A DNA stretch of 64,000 bases from the NCBI GenBank assembly GCA_964016885.1, contig OZ024743.1, forward strand, positions 254,324,001 through 254,388,000. Reading direction: 5' to 3'. The notes beneath the pieces were generated by a model. The model did not search any database, was not told the origin of the DNA, and saw only the letters and a program-made list of their open reading frames with translations. Source of the stretch: Eledone cirrhosa. Lineage: Eukaryota. The first letter of the stretch is position 1; each line of letters opens with the position of its first letter. The position numbers were made by a program, and so were the translations under genes. Positions 51,501 through 64,000 of the stretch are shown piece by piece.

Positions 51501-53159
51501 CGCCTATGGAAGTACCATAGCTACCACTATACACAACTCCACCCTTATTCCTTTAGCCCTCGACCGCCCCCTCCCCCCACACTTATCCCCCACTAACACA
51601 CCCCTCCTTTTCACCGCCCACCCCACAACTAACAATACTAACACCTCCAGTCCACCCCTCATCTGACCACCCTTCCCAACTAACATACTAAAATCCCTCC
51701 CTTCTTCTCCTCCTCCCCCTCCTTATCACACGCACACACCCACCGGCACATATATACACGCGCTCACACTAAACACACACCCTACTACCACCACTAACCC
51801 TCACCCCCACACCTCCATCCCACCACCCCGCAACTAACCTCACTAACACCCCCTGACCCCAAGCACACGAACACACGCACCCACTTACACCACCCACCCC
51901 ACACGCAACTAACATCACTAACACCCCCCAACCCCATGCATACGTACCCACACACCCTCGTACACCACCAACTCTACACACCCTACCACCACTAACCCCC
52001 ACTCACACCTGCATTCAACCCCTCCCCACCTCCCGTATACTAACACCCACTAACACCCCTTCATCAAACTACACACACACCAGTACACCACACTCCCTCC
52101 ATAGAACTACACACACCCTTCTCTCCCCGCTCCACCCACACCCTCGCTCCACACTCACTCATCCCACTAACACCTCTACTAATACACACACACACACCCT
52201 CCTCACTCCAACTTTCACACCTACCCATCCTCGCCCCTTTACCATTCCACCGACTGCTGCTATGCCCTCTGACCACCTCCCAGCACAAACAGACACACAG
52301 CACTCCCACTGCTTGACCACTTCCTGTTGCGCGCGCACCCCACATCTCTCCTCTTCCGACCATCGCTTCATGGAATACTCGTACGTAGAACTTGACCACC
52401 ACAGAATCCACTAAACATCATCGGATTTTACCAACTTTTCAACCATCCTCTTACGTAATCACCTATATAACTCACCCACACATACACCCCCAAAAACATT
52501 TTTTCTCCACACGCCACCTACACCCACAACACGCTTAAACCCCACACACACGTGCTTTCCACCACATATTTACACCCTCAGCCTCCTGATTACTCTCCCC
52601 CCACCCCTCTATCCACACACGCACAGACACTCCGACCTACAACCCCCCACACACACACCTCTTCCTGAACATGCAACCCCGTTCTTCTCCCAACCCTTAC
52701 TTTCACATACACACACACACACACACACACACGTACACCTCCACACACACACCACCTTCAGCCCTCCCCGCTCGGACACGCCGTCTCCCTCTTCTCACTC
52801 CACCTGCCACCACCCCTACATACCCCACACCCTTCCACCACCTGTTTTACCCCCCTTTTAATTTTAGTTTATTTTGATCATGCTTTTATATTTAAATTTA
52901 TTTCATTCCTTGTATTTTGATCATGCTTTATTTTTATTTTTATTTTTATTTTTAATTTCATTCGCACCGTTTCCTTTCGCTATATGTCTCTCCACCACTC
53001 CCCTACACACCCTTTGAACTCTGTTCCCACACACTTCTCACCCGAGGAAGGGCTTATGCCCGAAACGTCGTTCCCCACCAACACCCCACTCTCCAGAGCG
53101 TGAAACTAATAAACATTCGTTGTACTGCCTCTCTGTTTTGTTCCTGTTCAAATTTTTCC

Positions 53160-53160
<1 letters not shown>
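51500..53160 (+). mobile_element. C/A-rich non-coding element ending in an HHR-like motif, AATAAA and (TA)n
   Basis: Strong C/A strand skew; ac CCGAGGA a GGGC ttat GCCC GAAA CGTC gt at 53040-53071. Confidence 0.5.
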
Positions 53161-53232
<72 letters not shown>

Positions 53233-53649
53233 ATGTGTTCTTACGTAATGTATGTATTCATGTATAATGAAGGTTAATGTATTCAAATCATAGTAGATGT
53301 ATGTATATAAATAATTGCATATGTAGGTATGTATATATATAATTACAAATGCATATATGTATGTAAATATATATCCTGTAATCACGATGTATGTTTATAA
53401 TGCAGGTGTATATATGTAAATAATTGAAGATATATATATATATATAAATAATTCTGAATGTGTGTATGTTAACATATATTTATGTATCTAACAATCAATA
53501 AACTACATTGTTTGGGAGGGAATTCTGTTTTAATTCTTTATATAAAAATTATACTTAGACCGAAATCATAAAGAACTATTAAGTTAATATTATTTAAATC
53601 ACCTAAATCTGCCGGCTGTAAATACAGTGTTTATTTATAAATCAGTAGT

Positions 53650-53874
53650 GAATTGGTAGTGTCATTAGAGCATTGGATAAAATACCTTCCAGAATTAATT
53701 CTGGCTCTGTGCTCTGAGTTGAAATTCCACTATGTTCGAAGGGCCTTTTTATCCTTTTGGAATTGATATAATAAGTATCAATCATGTACTAGGGTTTCCC
53801 ATCTTTCACATTTCTAGCTTTGTGCTTAACTTGGTAAAAGTTTACTACTACTATTGTTGTTGCTGCTGCTGCTG

Positions 53875-53925
<51 letters not shown>

Positions 53926-54140
53926 ATAATAATAATAATAATTGTTTCTACAGTTGGCACAAGGCTAGCAATTTGTAAAGAAACGTAATGTCGATTAAAT
54001 TGACCCCAATGCATTACTGGTACTTTATGTTATCAATCTGGTAAGGATGAAAGGAAAAGTTAACCTTGGCAGGATTTGAACTTAGGACACAAAGAGCTAT
54101 AACTAGATACTGCAAAGCAGGGTGTCTAATACTGCTAATG
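53650..54140. mobile_element. Two decayed tRNA-derived SINEs, tail to tail around a (CTA)n tract
   Basis: + copy about 53650-53835; - copy about 53940-54140. Confidence 0.7.
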
Positions 54141-54194
54141 AAAAACAGATGAGAAAGAGAACAGAACCTTGGTGGAAGAAGTGGTTGAATGGTC

Positions 54195-56740
54195 AAATCA
54201 AGGAAATAAGAAAATGTATCGTGAAACTTGAGTCTTTATTAAATGGGACATTACAAAATATAGATACTAAGGATAGATTGACAAGGAAATGAAACACAAA
54301 AGTAAAAGGGCTAAATGTTATAATTGAGGAACGAATACAACGTGTCATAGTCAAAAGTGGAAAAATGAAAAGATCTGAGAATAGAGTTAACCAGTATAGA
54401 CAAAACTGCATGTTCGACAACAACCAGATGTTTTTTGAACAGCTTGAAGGAAAAGAAAGAGGCAACAATGCTATCCCTGATGCTGAATAGACCAACACAT
54501 TTTGGAGAAGGATATGAGAACAGGATATTAAGTATAATAGTCGGGCAGAGTGGATCAAGACTGTTAAAAAGGAGGTTAATGGACAAGCATACCAAAATCT
54601 GATATGTGTATCTCGGTTGAAGCCCTTGAAAACAAACCAATAAATTAACTAACTGAAAATCACCAAACCCAGATGGTTTGCAAGGATATTGTATTAATAC
54701 TATAATGTCTCGCCACCTGATACTGATGGCCATGTTCAATGACTGCTTGGTGTTGGGTGAAGTGTTGCAGTGGCTGTCAAAAGGTGCCACGGTTATAATA
54801 ATTAAAGACCAAGCAAATGGAAATGATGTTACATGCCTGTTCTTGATATGGAAATTGCTAACAAGCATTATGCCTGAGGAAATCTCCCACCAACTTGACA
54901 AACAACTTATTGTTGGAGGAACAGAAAGGATGCTGAAAAAGTCCCGTAGTACAAAAGACCAGTTACTTATTGACAAAATGATAATAAGGAAATACAAGAG
55001 GAGGCATACTGGTTTTGCCATGGTATTGATAGATTACATGAAGTCATTCAACATAATCCCTCATTCTTGGATATTCAAGTGTCTGGAAATGTTCAAGGTG
55101 TTGGACAATATAAGACTGCTATTAAGTAATAGCATGAAGACCTGGGAGACAGTGCTAATATCAGGGGGAGAATCCTTGTGAGAAGTGAAGATCAAGAAAG
55201 GTCTCTTCCAAGGAGATAGTCTGTCCCCTTTATTGTTTGTCCTTACCCTCATACCCTTGTGTCCTGTATTGTGAAAAGTGAAGGCAAGATATGAACTGGA
55301 AAGAGGAAAACTTACGATCAACTACCTCCTCTTCGTGGACGACATAAAACACTTTGGGAAGAATGAGAAGTTGGATGACTTGTTAATACTGTTTGTATTT
55401 TCAGCAATGATATATGTATAGAAATTGGATTAATAAGTGTGGAGTCCTTGTGTTAATGAAAGGTAAATTGAATAGAAGCAAATAAATCAAGGTACCAACA
55501 GATGAGATAATAAAGGCGTTCAATGTCAAAGAACGTAGAGGTGTTTTGAGGCAGATAATATCAAAGACAATAAAATGAAGGAGATGATAATATCTGAATA
55601 TGTAAGGAGAGTAAGAAATATACTTAAATCATATCTGAATAGTAGAAATGCCACAAGTGCAGTAAATTCTCGAGCTGCGTATATTATTAGGTACAGTGTG
55701 GGAATTGTTAAATGGAATGTAAATGAGCAAAAAGAGCTGGATAGAAAGACAAGGAAATTAATGATTACCTACAGTATCTTTAATGAAAATGATGATGTTG
55801 ATAGACAGGACTTAAAGAGATCTGAAAGTGGAAGAGGTCTTATCAGCATGGAGGACTGCGTCCAGATGAAGAAGTGCTGTCTACACAAATATGTGTCAAA
55901 GTAACGAGCCAATAATTAAGACTATGATAAAGGAAAAGACAATAGACCAGGGAATATCCAACAAAGAAGTAACAATAAAGAGGAAGACCAACCTGTATGA
56001 AAACCCTCTTCATAGCATCTTTTTGAAGGAAACAGAATTTAGAGATCTGCAGACATGGGATTGGTTAAAGAGAGGAGACCTTGATTAAGCTACAGAGGGA
56101 ATGTTACTGGCTGTACGGGAGCATGCCCTGAGAATGAAGTAGATGAAACATCATATTGGCAAAGAGGAGGTTAGACTGCTCTGTAGGATCTGTGGAGAGA
56201 GATAGGAAACTGTGACTCATATTGTAGTTGAGTGAAAACAACTAACCCAGACTCATTATAAAGAATGGAGGCATGATATCATAGGACAAGAGATCTATTG
56301 GCATTTATGTAAACTAAATAATTTAACTCATTCTGTGAAATGGTATGAGCATAAGCTATAGTCGGTGATAGTGCTGTGGAATTTCAGGATACAAGCAGGA
56401 AAAGAATTAGAACACAATAGACCTGACCTGGTAGTTTTTGACAAAACAATAAGATCTTGTTTGATTATAGATGTAGCTTGCCCCTTTGACACAAGTGAAA
56501 GAAAAGGAAGAAAAACTTAACCAGTACCAGGATCTAAAGTGGAAACTGCAAATGATTTTTGACTGTCATGAGATCAAGGTCATCCCCATTGTCATAAGAG
56601 CACTAGGTATTATCTCGAAGAGTTTCCAAGGCTGGTTAAACAACATTATCCCAGACCCCTTTTAAGGAAAACTTTAAAAGGCATGCAAAGATCCTCCGAT
56701 ATCTCCTGAATATCTGAGTCTGCAGGTAGCGGCTTGATGT
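54195..56740 (+). mobile_element. Decayed R4/Dong-type retrotransposon
   Basis: TKDQLLIDK, IDYMKSFNIIPHSW, GLFQGDSLSPLLF, FVDD, GRGLISMED, CRIC..ETVTHI, RHD, HNRPDLVV..IIDVACPFD. Confidence 0.88.
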
Positions 56741-56764
56741 TCTTTGGGGCAAATTTTCCAGTTA

Positions 56765-58092
56765 AATAACATCAATGCCCTCTTCTTAGTGAGACAACTA
56801 CAAGACAGGTTCTTAAAGAAGAATAAGCCACTATACTTAGCCTTTGTTGACCTAGAGAAGGCCTTTGATAGGGTACCCCGATCTGTCATCTGGTGGTCCG
56901 AAACTAGGTGTTGAGGAATAGCTTGTGAGGACAGTGAAAGCTTTGTACAGAGGTGCTGTCAGTAAAGTGAGGGTGGGAATGGAAGTTAGTGAGGAATTCC
57001 AGATACAAATAGGAGTACATCAGGGTTCGGTCCTCAGCCCGCTCTTGTTCATTATAGTCCTCCAAGCTATAGCAAGTCTTAAGACTGGCTGCCCATGGGA
57101 ACTTCTCTATGCTGACGATCTGGTTCTTATAGCAGAATCAGTAGAGGAGCTAGAGAATAAATTCTGGCTATGGAAACAGCAGTTGGAATTAAGAGGACTG
57201 AGAGTGAACCTAGCTAAGACAAAAGTGTTGATGAGTAGAAAAGAGGACAAAACTCTGATTCCGCCAGGGAAATGGCCATGTTCGATATGTAGAAAAGGAA
57301 CTGGCATAAATTCTATAAAATGTATACAATGCAGATCTTGGGTACACAAGATATGTACTGGGATAGCAGGCAAACTTACAGGTAAGGAAAAATACGTATG
57401 CAGTTGATGTACAGGGAAATTTGACAGTAGAAGTCGAATTGATAGACACATTTTTCAAATGCAGGTGGGTTCTATAGAAGGGCTTGATAGCTTCTGGTTC
57501 CTAGATGATCAGATTAGCATGGGAGGGGGTGTTCCGAGGCTATAGTATCTAGAATAAGGACGGGTTGGAAGAAGTTTAGGGAGCTGTTTCCTCTGCTGAC
57601 GAAGAAGGGATTCTCCCTGCGTACGAAAGGCCGGTTATATGATGCCCGTGTGAGGTGCGCGATGCTGCATGGTAGTGAGACATGGGCAGCAACTGCAGAG
57701 GATATGTGACGGCTGGAAAGAAATGAGGCAAGCATGCTCCGTTGGATGTGCAACGTCAATGTGCGTGAACGACCGAGCATGGATGTGGTGAGAGAGAAAC
57801 TCTGTTTAAGAGGGATAAGCTGTAGTGTGCGGGAGAGAAGACTGCGATGGTATGGACATGTGATGTGCATGGAGGATGACCACTGAGTAAAGAAGTGCCA
57901 AGAAATGCCAGTTGAAGGAAGACCACGAAAAACATGGGCGGAGGTGGTGAGAGCAGACTTCATATCGCTGAAGCTCACGGTGGAGATGATGAAGGACCGT
58001 GACAAGTGGAGAGATGCTGTGCTGAATAGAATCCGTCCCACCCTTGCAAGGAGGGAAAAGCGGATGTAAAATGTTGATGATGATGATGATGA
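56765..58092 (+). mobile_element. 5'-truncated RTE LINE with (GAT)n tail
   Basis: [62 protein letters not shown]. Confidence 0.92.
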
Positions 58093-58399
58093 ATGAGATA
58101 TCAATTTCATAATAATGCTTTCTTTATCAATGTCATAATAATAATAATAATGATAATGAAAATAATGATATTAATGCTTAGAAAATGTATAAATTCTTAA
58201 ACACAGGAAATACCTGTGAACAGAGCATAGTAAATCAGGTAACATAAAACTATAGGCAGAATAATTGACTGCTGACTTTTTTGTTTCTGCCTATAGGTGT
58301 CCTTTACCAATTCTTTAGGCTGTGTTCACAGTTCTGTCCTGTGTTCAAGATTTTCAAAAATGTCTAAGCAATTCAACTTACTCAACACTACAATGTTTA

Positions 58400-58700
58400 T
58401 TTACTAATGTTGTTGCTTGCCCGTTTGATACTAGTTTGGTATACAAAGAATGCTAGAAAATAGAAACGTACTGAGACCTAAAGTATGAAATACAGAGCTT
58501 CTGGAATTGTTACAATGTTTTTATGATCCAAATAGAAATAGGAGCTTTAGCAACAGTGGTTAGATGTTTGAATGTTTGGTTGGAAATGTTGGATATTGAA
58601 GCGAATTTCCTGACTCTACAGAAGACTTGTTTGCTTGATACACAGCAAGAATCATATGATAAGTGTTAGATATATCTAAGGCTGCAGGAAACAGCTTGGT
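58400..58700 (+). mobile_element. R4/Dong endonuclease-domain remnant
   Basis: VACPFDT...DLKYEI..W....IGAL....LQKTCLL. Confidence 0.6.
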
Positions 58701-58754
58701 GTTTGGTAATCCAATGAAATGCTGAATAAAGAGAACAAAATAATATGTTTTTCT

Positions 58755-59940
58755 AACATTAGTACAAAGCCAGCAATTTAGTGTTAGGGAAATTCTATTA
58801 TATCAATTTCAGTATTTTACTGGTACGTTATTTTATTGGCATCTAGAAGGATGAACAATAAAATTGACATCAGTGTTGTATGAACTCAGAATAAAAAGAG
58901 TAAGAACAAATACTGCAAAACATTTTGTCTGACACTGTATTGATTTTGCCAATTCACTGCCCTATAATAATAAAAAAAGTAATGCTATGTTTGCAGCATA
59001 GAGTTACGGCCCTTTACGGCCAGAGTTCAAATCCTGCTGAGGTTAACTTTGCCTTTCATCCTTACGGGGTCGATGAAATAAAGCACTGGGGTAATTGTGC
59101 CAAAAATAGAAACAGAAAAAAAAAAAACACTGATAACAATAATAATTGTTTCTACTATTGGCACAAGGCCAGCAATTAACCAGTAGATTACTGGTACTTT
59201 ATTTTATCGACCCCCTAAGGATGAAAGGCAAAGTTAAGCTCGGCGGGATTTGAACTCAGAATGACAAGGGCCGTAACTCTATGCGTCAAAGCATGGCATC
59301 CGACCCTCTACCAATACTGCCAATTCACCACCGTTCTGATTTAGGCACAAGGCCAACAATTTTTGGGGGAGGGGAAAGTCGATTATATCGATCCCAGTGT
59401 GTTACTGGTGCTCTATTTAATCAACCCCAAAAGGATGAAAGGCAAAGCTAACCTTGGCTGGATTTAAACTCAGAGTGTAAAGGGCCGTAACTCTATGCCA
59501 CAAAGCATGTTGTCCGATGCTCTACTAATACTGCCCTCAATAATAATTGTTTCAAATTTTGGCACAAGGCCAGCAAATACCCAGTACATTACTGGTACTT
59601 TATTTTATCGACCCCGTATGGATGAAAGGCAAAGTTAACCTCGACGGGATTTGAACTGAGACCGTAAAGGGACGTAACTATGCTGGAAAGCTTGGCGTCC
59701 GACCCTCCATCGATACTGCCAATTCACCGCTCTTACTGCCCTCAATAATAATAATTGTTTCTACTTTTGGTACAAGGCCAGCAATTATCCCAGTGCATTA
59801 CTGGTGCTTTATTTTATCAACCCCATAAGGATGAAAATCAAAGTGAACATTGGCGGAATTTGAACTCAGAGCATAAAACGCCGTAATTCTATATTGCAAA
59901 GCATGGCTTCCAACCTTCTACTGATACTGCCAATCCACCT
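58755..59940. mobile_element. Array of six tRNA-derived SINE copies (one +, five -)
   Basis: Repeated actggtac.ttattttatcgacccc....ggatgaaaggcaaagttaac..ggatttgaactcag cores near 58820, 59190, 59405, 59590, 59800; + copy 58985-59115. Confidence 0.88.
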
Positions 59941-60895
59941 TCCTGTAATAATAATGATAATAATAGTAATAATTTCTAACATTTCCAATATTAGAACAGG
60001 ATGTTGAAAATGATTATATAATGATGTTGTTGTTATTGGCAGTGGTAGTGTTTTCAGTATTATTATGAATGCTGAAGTGTTAATGTCAATTCAGAGGAGT
60101 AATTCTGTTTTTTGTTGAATCCAGGTGAATAATCTTTTTAATTTCTTTACAGAATTCAAGTTACGGTGAGATGTGTTTTCATGTGAGCTTTATTGAAGGA
60201 AAATATTGTTGAAAGGCACACAGTCTGCAACAATCAACAAAAAGAAATCCCAATAACATTGATATTTTCTTTGTTTTTACTTTTTGAATTATAAAATTTG
60301 CAATAAAACAAAAGCATAACTGTTTCAAAGACTTTATCAAACAATGTAGCATTTCGAGAAAATGGGCAGCAATGTGAAGGAATAAATGTTGTGTTTCTTG
60401 AACATGTTTCACTTGTTAATCAAGAGAACTAATCCATGCAAAAGGGTTGTTATGATCACAGAAACGATGTTGATTATCCAAAAAATTATTTTTTCTTCCC
60501 ACAACTCTCACTCAAATGAAAATCCCACCATATCCTCATAAATCTGTATAATTCTGTTATAAAGAAAGTATTCTGTGTACAATATACTTAATTTTCCCCC
60601 AAATCATCAACTACTTGGTTCACATATTTTTAATGAAATACATTGTTCATAATTTTCAATAATTCTCCATTTCTATATGTTTTGTCATGAGAACAAAATC
60701 CTTTAAGCTTGTATTGTCCAATCTTTGTGTTAAATCTCCTGCAAAAAAAGAACCCTAACACAAGCACTTCAGAAGAAACTAGATGGTGCATCCACTAAAA
60801 TACTTAGGGTTGTACTTTTATACAGAAACTTACCCAAGAGAACTACAATTGTTCAAAGACGGTTACAATTTGCAGAACATTGTTGGAGAAGTAAG

Positions 60896-61375
60896 AAGGA
60901 ATTTATACGCAAGCTACTATTGTGAGAACCAACTTTCAGGAAATGCAATAGAGGAAGACCTGCTCTAATCTTCATCAATCAAACTCTCAGATAATACAAA
61001 CTTCAGTTGGGAGCAGTTGGAACATCAGAAAATCGTTGATTGTGGAAAGATTTTGTCAGGAATGTTCGACTATCATCAACATGATGATAATGATAATTTT
61101 CAAGTAACTTTGAAAGTAATCAAAGATTTAAAGGAATTTATACGCAAGCTACTATTGTGAGAACCAACTTTCAGGAAATGCAATAGAGGAAGACCTGCTC
61201 TAATCTTCATCAATCAAACTCTCAGATAATACAAACTTCAGTTGGGAGCAGTTGGAACATCAGAAAATCGTTGATTGTGGAAAGATTTTGTCAGGAATGT
61301 TCGACTATCATCAACATGATGATAATGATAATTTTCAAGTAACTTTGAAAGTAATCAAAGATTTAAAGGAATTTA
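60896..61375 (+). repeat. Perfect 235-bp tandem duplication covering an RTE-X-like LINE 3' end
   Basis: aaggaattta at 60896, 61131, 61366. Upstream text reads QRRLQFAEHCWRSKKE...KLLL*EPT...RGRPA. Confidence 0.9.
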
Positions 61376-62344
61376 ATAAAATGACTTTATCTGGTGTTTG
61401 GAACATAACTTAAATGTTCTTAAATAAAGGTTTTTAGATGCATATAAATATTTTAAAACAAACAGCTTCACATTGTAGAACCAGGGGTACATTTAAGCAG
61501 TTTAGTTTCAAAAATATTAAGAGTGAAATCACAGCATGCTGCCATGCAAACGTATCAGGTTTTGAGGAGACAAAATGGCAAATGTATTACCACAAAGGGT
61601 AGTGAAGGAGACATGCTGAAAGAGTTAGACAAACTTATGAAATCGGTTTGAAACTATTAGAGTTATAATTTTACATCTGTCTGTTTTTCCATGTTAGCAT
61701 GGGTTGGACAAAGCTCAGAGCTTATCCCAAATTCATGTATTGTTATGTATTGTAAAGGAACTCAGAGTACAAGTTTCCTTCCATGATTGGACAAAAATCT
61801 TTCACAGGGCTAACCCCCATTGCTGCTTGTACTCGTTTTCAGCTGGATAGACCAGAGCAATGTGAAAGGAAATGGCTTGCTCAAAGATGTAATATATCAT
61901 TCAGTCTGGGAATAAAACCTACAATCTTATAGTAGTGAGGCCAACACCCTAAACACTAGGCCACACCTCTTCACAACAATATATTAAATCAATGCGAAAT
62001 AGGAATTTAACAGATAATTTTACAAAATTTTATTTACTTTCTTTATATTAGTAGTAAAGTAAAACCCAACTATTTAATAGCCCATCCAAAAGAGTGTGTC
62101 ACAAACATGTTCATTTCTATAGAACAGTATATCAGTAACTTCGTCAATAATTCACCTACTGGCAGATATTGGACAGTGGCTTAAATCCTTTCATTATTGT
62201 ATTTATAATCCAATATGCTGCCTATGTGTTTCAATTAATTTTGAAAATAACCAAACATTTGGTAGAATTTAATAAACTTTCTAAGTTTTTCATCAGTAAG
62301 CTGATATTTAGAGCATGACTTAAAAAACATTCTAAAATAGAATT

Positions 62345-62672
62345 GTGATGAAACGTTTTACTATGAGAGGGATAAGTTGTGGTGTGCAAGAGAGAAGGCT
62401 GAGATGGTATGGACATGTGATGCGCAAGGAGGATGACCGCTGGGTAAAGAAGTGCCAAGAAATCTCAGTAGTAGGAAGACGCAGTAGAGGTAGACAACGA
62501 AAAATATGGGCAGAGGTGGTGAGAGCAGACCTCAGATTGCTGAAACTCATGGAGGAAATGACGAAGGACCGTGACAAGTAGAGAGATGCTGTGCTGAATA
62601 GGACCCGTCCAACCCTTGCAAGCAGGGAAGAGAGGACGTAAAATTATGATGATGATGATGATGATGATGATT
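62345..62672 (+). mobile_element. RTE LINE 3' fragment
   Basis: ERRLRWYGHVMRKEDDRWVKKC; same 3' end as 58000-58092. Confidence 0.88.
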
Positions 62673-63439
62673 AACATTTTAAAATGAGCAGTTTTGAGTC
62701 ATAAATCCAGGTGGATTTCATGTGGTGTGCTATCAAAAATGTTAATGGCAACTCAACATGGTAGGAATTTGCTGAATAAAATTCAACTTTTCCTCTCTTC
62801 AGAATCTATAAATATAATTGTTTCTACTATTGGCATACACATATTTAGGTACTGGGACAGAGAGAATACCCTCTCTCTGTTCCATTGCATATGAAAAATC
62901 CATGACCAAGGGCACAACATCCCCAGTGTTAAATGGACCATTATGAACAGAACAAGCCTTACCACCCTGTTAGCTGCAATTATTAACATATACTGGAGCA
63001 GCCTGTGATATCCATCAACAGGAAAACTGACCTAACATTTTCCCCCTTTTGGAGTAGCACCCTGTTAGCCAACTTCAAGCCACTGGTGCTGGATATCCCA
63101 CAAAAATCAAATGTTCTTACACAAAATTATGATAGAATCATTTTAGATAAATGTATACAATTTATACTTAACAACTTAGTATTGTAGAAAGAGAGTGGAG
63201 ATAATAGCAAAGGGATTAAAAAGTATGCCATTGATATGTTGATATTGTAAATTCTAGGGCTGTCTATTAAATATAATTAATTTAAATTTAACAGCTGAGC
63301 ATTGTACCAGGGGCAATTTCAGGTGATTTCTTAGCAAAATTGTTAAAAAGAAAATATTCAATTGGTAGAATATAAAGTGTTGACATTGTAAACTCTATGG
63401 CTGTGTCTTAGTGAATGTATATGTCTTATGAGTGGAACT

Positions 63440-63890
63440 TTTATCTTGGATTTGACACGATTATATGGATTAGAGATAACGTTCCCTTTGTGCAGGATAT
63501 TGTTCTATCAAAAGGTATCATTTCTAGATAATTTGGTAAATACTCCTTGTGGTAGCACCTAAGAGAACTGGGATGGTAATACGAAGTATTGTATTCAAAT
63601 GTTTACTAAATCACTGGATTCAAGTCCTGGAATGATGGGATTACATGGATTAGAGATAACTTGCCCTCTTTGGAAAATATTGGATCCAATCAAAAATAAC
63701 GTTTACTGATAATTTTAAAATATTCCAAGCAGCTGAACCAGAAGCAGTTAGATAAACTGAATTAATATAGTAGTATGAATGACTTTAACCAAATAACCAT
63801 CAAAACACTGGATTTAATAGGATTATATGAATTAGAGATAACTTGTCCCTGTATAGGATGTTGGATTGTTACAAAAGGTAGCATTTCAAT
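63440..63890. repeat. Diverged ~180-bp tandem repeat (about 3 units)
   Basis: g(g/a)attagagataac.t.ccct near 63468, 63648, 63829. Confidence 0.6.
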
Positions 63891-64000
63891 ATAATTTAGG
63901 AAATATACCTCAATAATCATCAATGCAATCACCACTAATAACAAATATATGTATATATATATATATTTAGAAACACACAGATACATGCGGACACACACAT

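Overview
AT-rich eukaryotic DNA made almost entirely of repeats. The SINE families and (TA)n/(CA)n density suggest a cephalopod (Octopus-like) genome; this is inference. I see no host protein-coding gene, and most ORFs in the track are microsatellite artefacts. Transposable elements found: three Penelope-like retroelements (PLEs; RT and/or GIY-YIG endonuclease), a near-complete Chapaev3-type DNA transposon, a non-autonomous Helitron, a mariner fragment, two decayed R4/Dong retrotransposons, many RTE-type LINE fragments and many tRNA-derived SINEs. The strongest signal is a dense set of non-coding elements carrying type I hammerhead ribozyme (HHR) motifs, inserted in (TA)n tracts. One is an almost perfect 4 x 310-bp array with a minimal HHR per unit and a highly base-paired monomer, resembling a non-LTR retrozyme or circular RNA. 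Another is a 568-bp array with an extended HHR. Several are palindromic HHR-bearing insertions. A YACTC-N(11-17)-GAGTR hairpin recurs in the 3' tails of otherwise unrelated families. Ribozyme calls come from manual motif and base-pairing inspection only; no activity or expression data.
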